Positions 1-8,982 of a stretch of 64,000 bases of DNA are shown here, one piece after another. This DNA comes from Ignavibacteriota bacterium (GTDB lineage Bacteria; Bacteroidota; Ignavibacteria; UBA10030; UBA6906). How positions within the stretch are numbered: the stretch's first letter is position 1; each line of letters begins with the position of its first letter. Under the pieces are notes generated by a model, which had not been told where the DNA came from, did no database searches, and saw only the letters and a program-made list of their open reading frames with translations. The DNA lies in the NCBI GenBank assembly GCA_016707525.1, contig JADJHP010000003.1:76677-140676 (forward strand), given 5' to 3'. The position numbers were made by a program, and so were the translations under genes.

Positions 1-164
1 AGTCCGGCTTTGCTGAGCCGCTGGAGAACCTTCGCGAGGAGGTCGTAAGGAATGCCGTAGCGGTCGGAGATCTCCTTCGCGGTCACAAGGTCACCCCCCG
101 ACCGCGCAGCGATATCGCGGATGGCGATGAGCCCATATTCTACTCGTTTTGAGAGTCTGACCAT
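1..164 (-). CDS. Rrf2-family transcriptional regulator, partial (runs off the window start)
   Basis: Reverse-complement translation from ATG at 164-162 gives MVRLSKRVEYGLIAIRDIAARSGGDLVTAKEISDRYGIPYDLLAKVLQRLSKAG, the typical Rrf2 (IscR/NsrR-like) N-terminal wHTH; not in the ORF track because it is truncated by the window edge. Confidence 0.7.
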   Translation of the reverse strand, partial: MVRLSKRVEYGLIAIRDIAARSGGDLVTAKEISDRYGIPYDLLAKVLQRLSKAG

Positions 165-337
165 GTTCGATATACGACCAATACAGTCCGAGTTACCTGC
201 CGAAAAAATGCGCCTTCAGGCGCTGTACCATAATAACAGCGGAACGGGCATATTCGTTCCGAAACCATCAAAAGATAATGGTTTTCATCGTATTTTTCAA
301 TACCCCATCGACGGGGCGGTGGCCCGGGGGGCCCCCA

Positions 338-357
338 GGGCGGTGCATGCACCGCCC
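338..357. repeat. GC-rich 20-bp perfect palindrome GGGCGGTGCATGCACCGCCC (copy 1)
   Basis: Read directly; lies between the DLH stop (368) and the Rrf2 start (164). Same element recurs at 1305..1324, shortened at 1365..1380 and degenerate at 1167..1187. Confidence 0.8.
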
Positions 358-367
358 CCAATCCTGC

Positions 368-1144
368 CTATTTGAAGGTCTCGGTAAAGAGCGCCTTCAT
401 ACGATCGAACGAACGGGCATCGGCAGAAGCATTGTAAGCGGCTCCTTTGGAAGGATCGTCGCCGGCACCCTTTTGACTGAACGCGTGAACCGCCCCCCCG
501 TATGCTGTGAATTCCCAATCCACATGGGCGTCACGCATTTCCTTCTGAAACGCCTCCACCGCCGGGCCCGGAACGTACGGATCGTCGGCACCGTGCAAAA
601 CCAGAACCCTCCCCTTGATCTGTTTCGCATCGTCGGGGTTCGGGGTATCGAGGTTCCCGTGGAAGCTGATCACGCCACGCACCTGAGCGCCGCTGCGGGC
701 AAGTTCAAGGACAGTGCCGCCGCCAAAGCAGTACCCGATCGCCGCAACCCTCTGCGCATCCACTCTCTTGTTCGCTGTGAGCTGATCAAGTGCCGCCTGT
801 GCCCGGGCACGCAAGAGCGGACGATCGCCCCGGTAGATGCCTGCCTGCTTTGAAGCCTCCTGCACATTCACCGGCCGGACGCCCTGCCCATAGATGTCGG
901 CCACGAACGCGACATAGCCCATCTCCGCAACCTGCCGCGCACGCATCTGCACGTACTCGCCGACACCCATCCAGTCGTGCACCAAAACCACACCGGGGCG
1001 CGGCCCCTTCAGCGCAGGGTCATAGGCAATGAACCCCTCAAGGACGGTATCGCCGTGTTTGTAGGTCACCTTCTCCATTTTCACTTCACTGAAGGAAGGC
1101 ACGGCAATGAGGACTGCGAGCAGGGCGAGAATGAAGCTCTTCAT
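368..1144 (-). CDS. dienelactone hydrolase family protein (secreted, with signal peptide)
   Basis: ORF 368..1252; the likely start is the internal MKSFILALLAVLIAVPSFS signal peptide (ATG at 1144). Body matches dienelactone hydrolase (DLH) family motifs (VLVHDWMG..., GYCFGG nucleophile elbow). Confidence 0.75.
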   Translation of the reverse strand: MKSFILALLAVLIAVPSFSEVKMEKVTYKHGDTVLEGFIAYDPALKGPRPGVVLVHDWMGVGEYVQMRARQVAEMGYVAFVADIYGQGVRPVNVQEASKQAGIYRGDRPLLRARAQAALDQLTANKRVDAQRVAAIGYCFGGGTVLELARSGAQVRGVISFHGNLDTPNPDDAKQIKGRVLVLHGADDPYVPGPAVEAFQKEMRDAHVDWEFTAYGGAVHAFSQKGAGDDPSKGAAYNASADARSFDRMKALFTETFK

Positions 1145-1166
1145 AGGAACTCCCGGTTGGTGTGTG

Positions 1167-1187
1167 GGGCACGATGCATGCACCGCC
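1167..1187. repeat. degenerate copy of the GGGCGGTGCATGCACCGCCC palindrome
   Basis: GGGCACGATGCATGCACCGCC; right arm intact, left arm diverged. Confidence 0.5.
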
Positions 1188-1304
1188 ATTAGAACCGCGT
1201 GGGACGGACAGAGGTTCCCGCGAGACCTAAACGCGCGGGGGCGATCCCACAAGCAGGACCGCCCCTACAAGATCTGGCCACGGCATCATCGGATACCTGT
1301 GTAC

Positions 1305-1324
1305 GGGCGGTGCATGCACCGCCC
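1305..1324. repeat. GC-rich palindrome GGGCGGTGCATGCACCGCCC (copy 2), followed by CTACAA
   Basis: Exact 20-bp match to the copy at 338..357; followed by CTACAAACC. Confidence 0.8.
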
Positions 1325-1364
1325 TACAAACCTCGATCGGCGTACCGGGATCCGCAGCCCCTGA

Positions 1365-1380
1365 GGGCGGTGCACCGCCC
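1365..1380. repeat. short variant GGGCGGTGCACCGCCC of the same palindrome, abutting the hemL stop
   Basis: 16-bp perfect palindrome lacking the central ATGC; followed by CTACACAACC, whose CTA is the hemL stop codon on the minus strand. Confidence 0.7.
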
Positions 1381-2748
1381 CTACACAACCCCTCCACGAT
1401 CGGCGTGACCCGGGATCCGGGAACCTGCCCCCCAGATCCCCACGACAGAACCTCTTTCGCCGCGTCCGACCGTTCCGACGTCCTCACCGCTGCGGTCGAT
1501 GTCCGCGTCCGAATGCGCGATGGACATGAACCCGGCCTCGAACTGCGACGGCGCAAGGTTGATCCCCCGCTCAAGCATCCCGCGGAAGAACGCGCCGAAC
1601 TTCGCACGGTCTGCGACCGCGGCCGTGGTGTAGTCCGTCACCGGCCCCTTCGTAAAGAATGTGGTGAACATCGCGCCGACACGGTTCTGTACGAGCGGAT
1701 ATCTCCCATCGTCAAGGACCTTCTGCATGCCGCTGGCGAGGCGTGCGGACTTCGCCTCGAGCCGCGTATAGAATGCCGCATCTTCCTGGATGATCGAGAG
1801 CGTCTCGAACCCTGCAGCCATCGCCAGCGGGTTGCCTGACAACGTGCCGGCCTGATACATGGGTCCGGCCGGAGCCACCATCGACATGATATCCTTTCGC
1901 CCGCCGTACGCACCCACCGGCAATCCTCCGCCGATGATCTTGCCGAGCGTCGTCAGGTCGGGTGTGATCGCATACAGCTCTTGAGCCCCGCCGCGGGCGA
2001 CACGGAAGCCCGTCATCACTTCATCGAAAATGAGCAGGATCCCTTCCTTCGTGCAGATCGTCCTGAGGCCCTCGAGGAACCCTGGCTGCGGGGGGACGCA
2101 TCCCATGTTCCCCACGACGGGCTCGACGATGATGGCCGCTACCGCGCCGCGGTTCGCATCCACCAGTGCCTGCACGGACGGCAGACTATTATATGCTGCC
2201 GTGAGGGTGCCATTGGCAACGCCCGCCGGCACACCGGGGCTGTCCGGCACCCCCAGCGTCATTGCGCCGGAGCCTGCCTTGATCAGGAACGCATCGCCGT
2301 GGCCATGATAACACCCTTCGAACTTGATGATCTTCTCCCGACCGGTGAACGCGCGGGCAAGCCGGATCGCGCTCATTGTCGCTTCCGTGCCGGAATTCAC
2401 CATGCGCACCATCTCGATCGACGGTACGATGCTGATGATGAGTTCCGCCATGCGGATCTCCAGCTCGGTGGGTGCGCCGTAGCTGGTCCCCTCCAGGGCG
2501 GCCTTCCGCACCGCATCGATCACGCGGGGGTGGGCATGGCCGAGGATCATGGGCCCCCAGGAGCCGACATAGTCGATGTACTCGTTCCCATCCACATCGG
2601 TGATGCGTGAACCGGCAGCCTTCGCAATGAAGAGCGGGTTGCGGCCCACCGATGCGAATGCGCGCACGGGGGAATTGACGCCACCGGGGATCACCATCTT
2701 CGCCCGGCCGAACAGCGCGTCGGAGGTCTTCGTGGTCATGGAGGTCAT
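1381..2748 (-). CDS. hemL: glutamate-1-semialdehyde 2,1-aminomutase
   Basis: 455-aa ORF; [13 protein letters not shown]-aminotransferase class III motifs and HemL-specific regions throughout. C-terminus is ~25 aa longer than typical HemL. Confidence 0.9.
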   Translation of the reverse strand: MTSMTTKTSDALFGRAKMVIPGGVNSPVRAFASVGRNPLFIAKAAGSRITDVDGNEYIDYVGSWGPMILGHAHPRVIDAVRKAALEGTSYGAPTELEIRMAELIISIVPSIEMVRMVNSGTEATMSAIRLARAFTGREKIIKFEGCYHGHGDAFLIKAGSGAMTLGVPDSPGVPAGVANGTLTAAYNSLPSVQALVDANRGAVAAIIVEPVVGNMGCVPPQPGFLEGLRTICTKEGILLIFDEVMTGFRVARGGAQELYAITPDLTTLGKIIGGGLPVGAYGGRKDIMSMVAPAGPMYQAGTLSGNPLAMAAGFETLSIIQEDAAFYTRLEAKSARLASGMQKVLDDGRYPLVQNRVGAMFTTFFTKGPVTDYTTAAVADRAKFGAFFRGMLERGINLAPSQFEAGFMSIAHSDADIDRSGEDVGTVGRGERGSVVGIWGAGSRIPGHADRGGVV

Positions 2749-3737
2749 CTCTTTTTCAGGATCGTCGCTGCTTCTTTTGCAAAGTACGTCAGGATCATGT
2801 CGGCACCCGCGCGCTTGATGCTCGTGAGTACCTCCATCATCACCCGTTCGCCATCCACCCAGCCCTTCGCGGCCGCGGCCTTGATGAGCGAATACTCACC
2901 GCTGACGTTGTATGCCGCAGTGGGCATATGGAATTCATCCTTCACGCGGCGGATGATGTCGAGATAGGACAGCGCGGGCTTCACCATGACGATATCCGCA
3001 CCCTCGCGGATATCCTGCGCCACCTCCCGCAGAGCTTCGTCGGCATTGGCGGGGTCCATCTGATGCGACCGCCGGTCGCCGAACTGTGGCGTGCTCTCTG
3101 CCGCTTCGCGGAACGGGCCGTAGAAGCCCGAGGCATACTTTGCCGCATACGACATGATCGGAAGGTTCGTATACCCGTTGGCATCCAGGACGCGGCGGAT
3201 GGCACCGACCCGGCCATCGAACATGTCCGACGGCGCGACCATATCGGCCCCTGCCTGCGCATGGGTGAGCGCTTCCTTCGTCAGGAGCTCCACCGAGGCG
3301 TCGTTCACGATCTCATCGCCCTTCACGATGCCGCAGTGGCCATGCGATGTGTACTCGCACATGCACACATCCGTGATGAGGTACAGTTCCGGGACCTCCT
3401 TCTTGACAGCGCGGAGGGCAGTCTGCACGATCCCGTGTTCGTCATACGCACCGCTCCCGACCTCGTCTTTCTTCGGCGGGATGCCGAAGAAGATGACGGC
3501 AGGGATACCCAGGGCGTGCACATCGACACATTCGCGCACGATCTCATCCACGGACATCTGATAGACGCCGGGCATGGACGAGATCTCCTTCTTCACTTTC
3601 GTCCCGGGCACCGCGAAGAGCGGATAGATGAAGTCGTTCACCGACAATTCCGTTTCGCGCACCATGGCGCGGAGCACGGGACTCATGCGGGTGCGACGCA
3701 ACCGGCTGACCGGGTAGTTGCCCTCATATATCGACAT
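2745..3737 (-). CDS. hemB: porphobilinogen synthase (delta-aminolevulinic acid dehydratase)
   Basis: ORF 2745..3776; likely start MSIYEG (ATG at 3737). Strong HemB similarity (active-site Lys regions, metal-binding Cys cluster [12 protein letters not shown]). Overlaps hemL by 4 nt (ATGA). Confidence 0.9.
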   Translation of the reverse strand: MSIYEGNYPVSRLRRTRMSPVLRAMVRETELSVNDFIYPLFAVPGTKVKKEISSMPGVYQMSVDEIVRECVDVHALGIPAVIFFGIPPKKDEVGSGAYDEHGIVQTALRAVKKEVPELYLITDVCMCEYTSHGHCGIVKGDEIVNDASVELLTKEALTHAQAGADMVAPSDMFDGRVGAIRRVLDANGYTNLPIMSYAAKYASGFYGPFREAAESTPQFGDRRSHQMDPANADEALREVAQDIREGADIVMVKPALSYLDIIRRVKDEFHMPTAAYNVSGEYSLIKAAAAKGWVDGERVMMEVLTSIKRAGADMILTYFAKEAATILKKR

Positions 3738-3790
3738 GATCGGTCTCCATAAACTCGTTTGAAGTTCCCATGACAATGCAATGCAGATAT

Positions 3791-3814
3791 CAGATATCTG
3801 AATTCAGATATCTG
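3791..3814. repeat. AT-rich 24-bp perfect palindrome CAGATATCTGAATTCAGATATCTG in the hemY-hemB intergenic spacer
   Basis: Read directly; preceded by an extra CAGATAT half-copy (3784..3790); abuts the hemY stop (3817..3819). Centre is GAATTC, flanked by GATATC. Confidence 0.8.
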
Positions 3815-3816
3815 AA

Positions 3817-5199
3817 TCAGCTTCTCACGATCCTCTCGGCAACATCCCGCCCGTTCCGCACACAATCCCCTACCGCAATGCCGCCACGGTAGTTCGCGCA
3901 CACCACGAGTCCGGGGTGCGAGGCTTCCAGCGCGTCCACCATCGTCATGATCTTCCCGTGACCCAGATTGTACTGGGGGATCGCACGGTCCCACCGGATG
4001 ACCCGGGCATACGCCGGCTCGCCCTGCACTGCCATGATCGAGGCCAGTTCCGAGCGCACCATCGCGAGGATCTCCGCATCCGTCTGCGCGAGGAGTTCGG
4101 GCTGGCGCGACCCTCCCACAAAGGTCGTCAGTGCACAATGCCCCTCCGGCGCCCGGCCGGGGAACAGAGCCGAGGACCAGATCGTCCCGAGGATATTCCG
4201 CTTCTCGACCGCGGGGATGAGGTACCCGAACCCATCCAGCGGGCGCCCGCACTGGCCGGTGCGGTATCCGAGATACACTTCCGCCACGGGGGGATAATAG
4301 ATCCCCCGGAGTGCACGCGCGAGGTCCGCTGCATGCGGCTGGAGCAATCCTGCTGCCGTGTACGACGGCACCGCGAGCACGACATCCGAGGCCTCCAGGC
4401 GCGAGGCCCTTCCACCCAAGGTATAGTCGATCGAAAAGCCCTGCCCCTTCCCCTGCGCAGACGGCTGCACGCCGATCGCGGTGACGGTGCAGTTGCATTG
4501 CACCGCCATGCCGAGACGATCCGCAATGGCTTCCGGGAACTGCTGCATGCCCCGCACGAACGAGAACATCCGTGCGCGGTCTTTCGCGACCTCTGCGCGC
4601 TTCTTGCGCTCGCGCGCACCGCCGATCATGCCACGGATCAACCCGCCATACTTCTCTTCCAGTGCGTAGAGCTTCGGGAAGGCGCTCCGGACGCTCAACT
4701 CTTCGGGGTTACCGGCATACACCCCGGCTACGAAGGGATTGATCGCATAGTCCAGGAATTCCCGGCCCAGGCGGCGTTCCACGAACTCGGCGATGGTCTC
4801 CTCACGGGCAGCGCGACCCACAAACGGTTCTTTCAGGAGCCGCAGTTTCCCGGGAACGGTCCACAGGCGCGACCTCAGAAAAGCCGGCGGGGACATGGGC
4901 AGAGCATGCAGCTGCCCGTTGCGGAGGATGTATCGGTTGTTGGATGCATCGTCCGCATACAGCCGGTCGCGCGTGAGTCCGAGGATCCCGAACATCTCGC
5001 CGAAGACCGGAGTGGTCTCCAGCGCGCTATTCGGCCCGGTCTCGACCATCCAGCCGCCGTCCTGCATCGTACGCATGGTCCCGCCCGCAACGCTCTCGCG
5101 TTCCAGGACGGTGACAGGCACACCGTTCTCTTTCAGCCAGAAGGCTGCGGTGAGTCCGGAGATCCCCCCGCCGATGACGACAACATGTTTCGTGCTCAT
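3817..5199 (-). CDS. hemY: protoporphyrinogen oxidase (FAD-dependent, HemY type)
   Basis: 460 aa; N-terminal VVVIGGGISGL Rossmann dinucleotide-binding motif, HemY/PPOX-like throughout; sits in a heme operon next to ferrochelatase. Confidence 0.85.
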   Translation of the reverse strand: MSTKHVVVIGGGISGLTAAFWLKENGVPVTVLERESVAGGTMRTMQDGGWMVETGPNSALETTPVFGEMFGILGLTRDRLYADDASNNRYILRNGQLHALPMSPPAFLRSRLWTVPGKLRLLKEPFVGRAAREETIAEFVERRLGREFLDYAINPFVAGVYAGNPEELSVRSAFPKLYALEEKYGGLIRGMIGGARERKKRAEVAKDRARMFSFVRGMQQFPEAIADRLGMAVQCNCTVTAIGVQPSAQGKGQGFSIDYTLGGRASRLEASDVVLAVPSYTAAGLLQPHAADLARALRGIYYPPVAEVYLGYRTGQCGRPLDGFGYLIPAVEKRNILGTIWSSALFPGRAPEGHCALTTFVGGSRQPELLAQTDAEILAMVRSELASIMAVQGEPAYARVIRWDRAIPQYNLGHGKIMTMVDALEASHPGLVVCANYRGGIAVGDCVRNGRDVAERIVRS

Positions 5200-6161
5200 G
5201 TGAGTTGCGCCTGTGCCAGTTCGGCCAGCGCACCGATGAATGATGGATTGGTATTGAGTGCCGGCATCATGTCATAGTATTGGATCCCGCGCGACCGCGC
5301 ATGACGCCGCACTTCGATGTTGATCTCCCACAGCGTTTCGCTGTGGTCGGACACGAACGCCACCGGTACAACGATCACGTGCGTGGCGCCTTCGTCCGCC
5401 AGCCGGTCCAACGTCTGCAGCAGCGAGGGCTCCAGCCATTTCTGCGGGCCCACCTTGCTCTGATAGCAGAGGTGATGGGGGATGCCGAACTTCCCTTCCC
5501 GGACCACCGCTTCATAGGTCCGCACCACCTGTCCCTGATACGGATCCCCCTCCCGTACAAGTTTCATCGGTGTGCCGTGTGCGCTGAACACGATGTGGAC
5601 ATTCTTCCGGTCCGCCTCCGGGACGCGCCGGAGAGCGATCCCGATATTGTTCACCAGCGCCCGGATCAGGAGCGGATGTTCGCAGTACTCCTCGACCACC
5701 GAGACCTCTGGCGCATATCCCACGCGGGCGCAGATCCGGTTCCACTCGTTGACGGCAGAGCCCGTCGTGCTCTTCGAAAAGTGGGGGTAGAGCGGCAGGA
5801 GCACCACGCGTTCGATCCCATCCTTCATGAGGCGTGCAATGGCTTCATCGGTCATAGGATGCCAGTACCGCATCGCGACATACACCGGCATCCCGGTACG
5901 GGCAGCAAGCGCATTGGCCTGACGCTGGGTCAGCCGGAGGATCGGCGATCGTCCGCCGATGTTCCGGTAGTACTCCTGCACTTTCGGGGCACGCTTGCCA
6001 GAGATCAATCGTGCGAGAGGCTTTCGGAACAGGAACGCGAGGGGCAGATCGATGATGTCCGGATCGCAAAAGAGGTTATACAGGAACGGCTCGACGGCCC
6101 CGAGGGCATCGGGTCCGCCGAGCTGAAGGAGAACGATGGCGGTGCGGGTGGACGGGGTCAT
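5196..6161 (-). CDS. hemH: ferrochelatase
   Basis: 321 aa, ferrochelatase family (LLQLGGP..., HGTP, VPVAFVSDHSETL motifs); 4-nt overlap with the hemY start. Confidence 0.9.
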   Translation of the reverse strand: MTPSTRTAIVLLQLGGPDALGAVEPFLYNLFCDPDIIDLPLAFLFRKPLARLISGKRAPKVQEYYRNIGGRSPILRLTQRQANALAARTGMPVYVAMRYWHPMTDEAIARLMKDGIERVVLLPLYPHFSKSTTGSAVNEWNRICARVGYAPEVSVVEEYCEHPLLIRALVNNIGIALRRVPEADRKNVHIVFSAHGTPMKLVREGDPYQGQVVRTYEAVVREGKFGIPHHLCYQSKVGPQKWLEPSLLQTLDRLADEGATHVIVVPVAFVSDHSETLWEINIEVRRHARSRGIQYYDMMPALNTNPSFIGALAELAQAQLT

Positions 6162-6164
6162 GCT

Positions 6165-7220
6165 TCAACCCCGCCGGTGGAAGGCCGGGCTCAATTCCTG
6201 GACGGCGCGCACCATCGCGCGGGCGTGGTCCGGAGGAACATCCGGCAGGATGCCATGGCCCAGGTTGAAGATGTGTCCGGGCCCATCGCCGTACTTCTTG
6301 AGGATCGATCCGACCTCGTGGCGTATCCGTTCGGGCGCGGCGTACAGGTACGCCGGGTCCAGGTTCCCCTGCAGCGCGACACGGTCACCGACGAGCTCAC
6401 GCGCCTCACCGATATCGACCGTCCAATCGACGCCGACGACATCAGCCCCGATGGTCGAAAGTTCCTTCAGCGTCCCATGGATCCCCTTCGAGAAGACGAT
6501 CACCGGAACGCCGCCGCGGTGCATCCGGGCAACGATGTCTGCGATCCATTCGAGCGAGAACTTCCTGAAATGGTCAGGAGCGAGGATGCCGCCCCATGTA
6601 TCGAAGATCTGTACCGCGTCGACCCCTGCCGCGATCTGTGCTTCGAGGTAGTTGCGCACGGAGACCGAGAGCTTCTCCAGCAACGCCATGAGTGTCGCGG
6701 GCTCATCCAGCATCATCTTCTTGATCACGCTGAAGTTCTTCGTCCCGCCACCTTCGACCATATATGCAGCCAGTGTCCAGGGTGCCCCCGAGAACCCGAT
6801 CAGCGGCACGCGCCCCTGGAGTTGCCGCTTGACGAGCGACGCCGCATCGGTGACGTACCGGAGGTCCCTGTCGGGATCGACCACCGGCAACGCATCCACC
6901 TGGCCGGCCGAACGGATGGGCATCGGGAAGCGTGGGCCGCGGGCCTCTTCCATGACCAGGTGCATGCCCATCGCTTCCGGGATCACGAGGATATCGGAAA
7001 AGAGGATCGCGGCATCGACACCGATGAGGTCCACGGGCTGGATGGTCACTTCGGCCGCCAGTTCCGGTGTCCGCACCATCGTGAGGAAATCCGACTTCGC
7101 TCGCACGGCACGGTACTGGGGCAGGTAGCGCCCGGCCTGGCGCATCATCCAGACCGGCGTTCGTTCAACATGCTGGCGCCTGCATGCGCGGAGGAAAAGA
7201 TCGTTCTGTAGAGTAGCCAT
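6165..7220 (-). CDS. hemE: uroporphyrinogen decarboxylase
   Basis: 351 aa; N-terminal PVWMMRQAGRYLP URO-D signature. Confidence 0.9.
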   Translation of the reverse strand: MATLQNDLFLRACRRQHVERTPVWMMRQAGRYLPQYRAVRAKSDFLTMVRTPELAAEVTIQPVDLIGVDAAILFSDILVIPEAMGMHLVMEEARGPRFPMPIRSAGQVDALPVVDPDRDLRYVTDAASLVKRQLQGRVPLIGFSGAPWTLAAYMVEGGGTKNFSVIKKMMLDEPATLMALLEKLSVSVRNYLEAQIAAGVDAVQIFDTWGGILAPDHFRKFSLEWIADIVARMHRGGVPVIVFSKGIHGTLKELSTIGADVVGVDWTVDIGEARELVGDRVALQGNLDPAYLYAAPERIRHEVGSILKKYGDGPGHIFNLGHGILPDVPPDHARAMVRAVQELSPAFHRRG

Positions 7221-7253
7221 ATGTTCCCGTTATTCACAAGGGCACAGCGTTTT

Positions 7254-8051
7254 TTACCTGCCGGCGGCGGTGGCAACGTATGCCACGAGCGCCTCGACCA
7301 GTCCCTCATCGCTCGGCGTCGCGGCGATACCGTGCACAGGCACACCGCAACGGGCCGCCGCCGCACCGGTGGTCGACCCTATCACCGCCACCACACAGCC
7401 GTGCAGGAAGTGTTCGAGCTCCCCGGCGGCAAAGATCCCGCAACATTCCTCCACGGCAGAAGGACTCGCGAAGAGGAGCGCCTTGGGGGTCGCCGGGCGG
7501 AGAACCTCGCGCAAGGCCGACGCAGTGGCCGCATCGGGACCCGCCGTACGATACACGACGACGGGTACGATCTCCGCTCCTGCCGCTGCGAGGGCATCGG
7601 CGATCTCTTCCCGTCCGCGGTCGCCCCGCGGAAGCAGGAAGCGTTTCCCGCGGATATCCATGGATCCGAGCAATGCTCCGAGTGCGGCACCGGTGGCGGC
7701 GGCGGGGACCGCACGGGCGGTGATCCCGTAGTCGTTCAGAGCATCGGCGGTCTTCGGGCCGACGGCAAACGCCCCGACATTCCGCCACGCGTTGGCGGGT
7801 ATGCCCAGCGCCTTCGCTCTCCGAAAAAATGCATGGACGGCATTCGTGCTGGCGAACACCATACCGTGATACCCGGTCCGATGCAGCAGTGCTTCATCAC
7901 ACGCCACGAAGCTCCCGGGCGGAAGGATACGGATCATCGGCAGAAGCACAGGGATCCCGCCGGCACTGCTGACCGCTTCCGCGGTCCGTGCGCCCTGGCC
8001 TTCCGGGCGCGTGATGATGACCCTCAGGCCATCAAGGGTTGTTCGCTTCAT
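7254..8051 (-). CDS. hemD: uroporphyrinogen-III synthase
   Basis: ORF 7254..8267; HemD-like sequence begins at the internal MKRTTLDGLRVIITRP (ATG at 8051); small overlap with the hemC 3' end. Confidence 0.75.
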   Translation of the reverse strand: MKRTTLDGLRVIITRPEGQGARTAEAVSSAGGIPVLLPMIRILPPGSFVACDEALLHRTGYHGMVFASTNAVHAFFRRAKALGIPANAWRNVGAFAVGPKTADALNDYGITARAVPAAATGAALGALLGSMDIRGKRFLLPRGDRGREEIADALAAAGAEIVPVVVYRTAGPDAATASALREVLRPATPKALLFASPSAVEECCGIFAAGELEHFLHGCVVAVIGSTTGAAAARCGVPVHGIAATPSDEGLVEALVAYVATAAGR

Positions 8052-8982
8052 GCCGGATCGCTTCCAGGATAGCGCGGGCACCGAGGGCCAGCAGATCATC
8101 CGCGAGCGAGCGCCCGAGGGCATCCGCTTCTGACGGTGCTGCGTGTTGAGACCCCCGCACCACCTGTTTCCCGTCGAGCGAGCCGACCATCGCGTCCATG
8201 ATGAGCTCGCCCTTTTCGATCCGGGCATAGGTGCCGATGGGGACCTGGCAGCCACCTTCGAGTGCACGGAGCAACGCCCGCTCCGCGGTCGTCGCCTGGC
8301 TGGTCACTTCATGATGCAGACATTTCACTACTTTCCGGATCTTCCGGTCTTTGGACCGGACCTCGATCCCGAGCGCCCCCTGCCCTACGGCAGGCAGCAT
8401 CACGTGCGGATCGAGCGTCTCCCCGATCCGGTCCGCCCACCCCAACCGCACCACACCAGCGCGGGCGAGGATCATGCCGCCCCAGGTGGAGCCGGTGAGT
8501 TTTTGATACCGTGTATTCAGATTGCCACGGAGATCGATGACCGAGAGGTCCGGGCGCCGATGCAGGAGCTGTGATGTGCGGCGCAGGCTGCCCGTCGCGA
8601 TCACGGCACCGGCCGGCTGGCCCGTCAGCGTCCGTTCTTTGGCATTCGGGCGCGGAAGGAACACGTCGCGCACATCCTCGCGCTCGGTGACCGCGGCGAG
8701 CACCAGCCCATCGGGCAGGTGTGTGGGCAGGTCCTTCAGGCTGTGCACCGCGAGATCGATGGCACCATCGAGGAGGGCACGTTCGATCTCCCGCGTGAAG
8801 AGGCCCTTGTCGCCGATGCGCGACAGGGGTGCGTCCAGGATCCGGTCGCCGGTCGTCTTGATGATGACGATCTCGACGCTGGTGGACGGGAATGTCTGCG
8901 TGAGGCGGTCGCGTACCCAGTGGGCTTGCCAGAGCGCCAGGGCGCTCCCGCGGCTGCCGATGCGGATGATGTCAGTCGCCAT
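8032..8982 (-). CDS. hemC: hydroxymethylbilane synthase (porphobilinogen deaminase)
   Basis: 316 aa; IRIGSRGSALALWQA N-terminus and dipyrromethane cofactor Cys region. Confidence 0.9.
   Translation of the reverse strand: MATDIIRIGSRGSALALWQAHWVRDRLTQTFPSTSVEIVIIKTTGDRILDAPLSRIGDKGLFTREIERALLDGAIDLAVHSLKDLPTHLPDGLVLAAVTEREDVRDVFLPRPNAKERTLTGQPAGAVIATGSLRRTSQLLHRRPDLSVIDLRGNLNTRYQKLTGSTWGGMILARAGVVRLGWADRIGETLDPHVMLPAVGQGALGIEVRSKDRKIRKVVKCLHHEVTSQATTAERALLRALEGGCQVPIGTYARIEKGELIMDAMVGSLDGKQVVRGSQHAAPSEADALGRSLADDLLALGARAILEAIRHEANNP

Noticed and set aside
121-375. Small + strand ORFs around the GC palindromes (121..375, 1199..1408) with recurring AVHAPP peptides
   Set aside because: They are translation artefacts of the repeated palindromic DNA element rather than genes.
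5280-7211. 643-aa + strand ORF (and similar long ORFs such as 9050..11113, 19866..22691, 35596..37110, 49873..51792)
   Set aside because: They run antisense to confidently identified genes (hemH/hemE, hemA/ccsA, hybrid kinase, etc.). Their translations are Arg/His/Asp-rich with no family resemblance, the typical spurious antisense ORFs of a high-GC genome.
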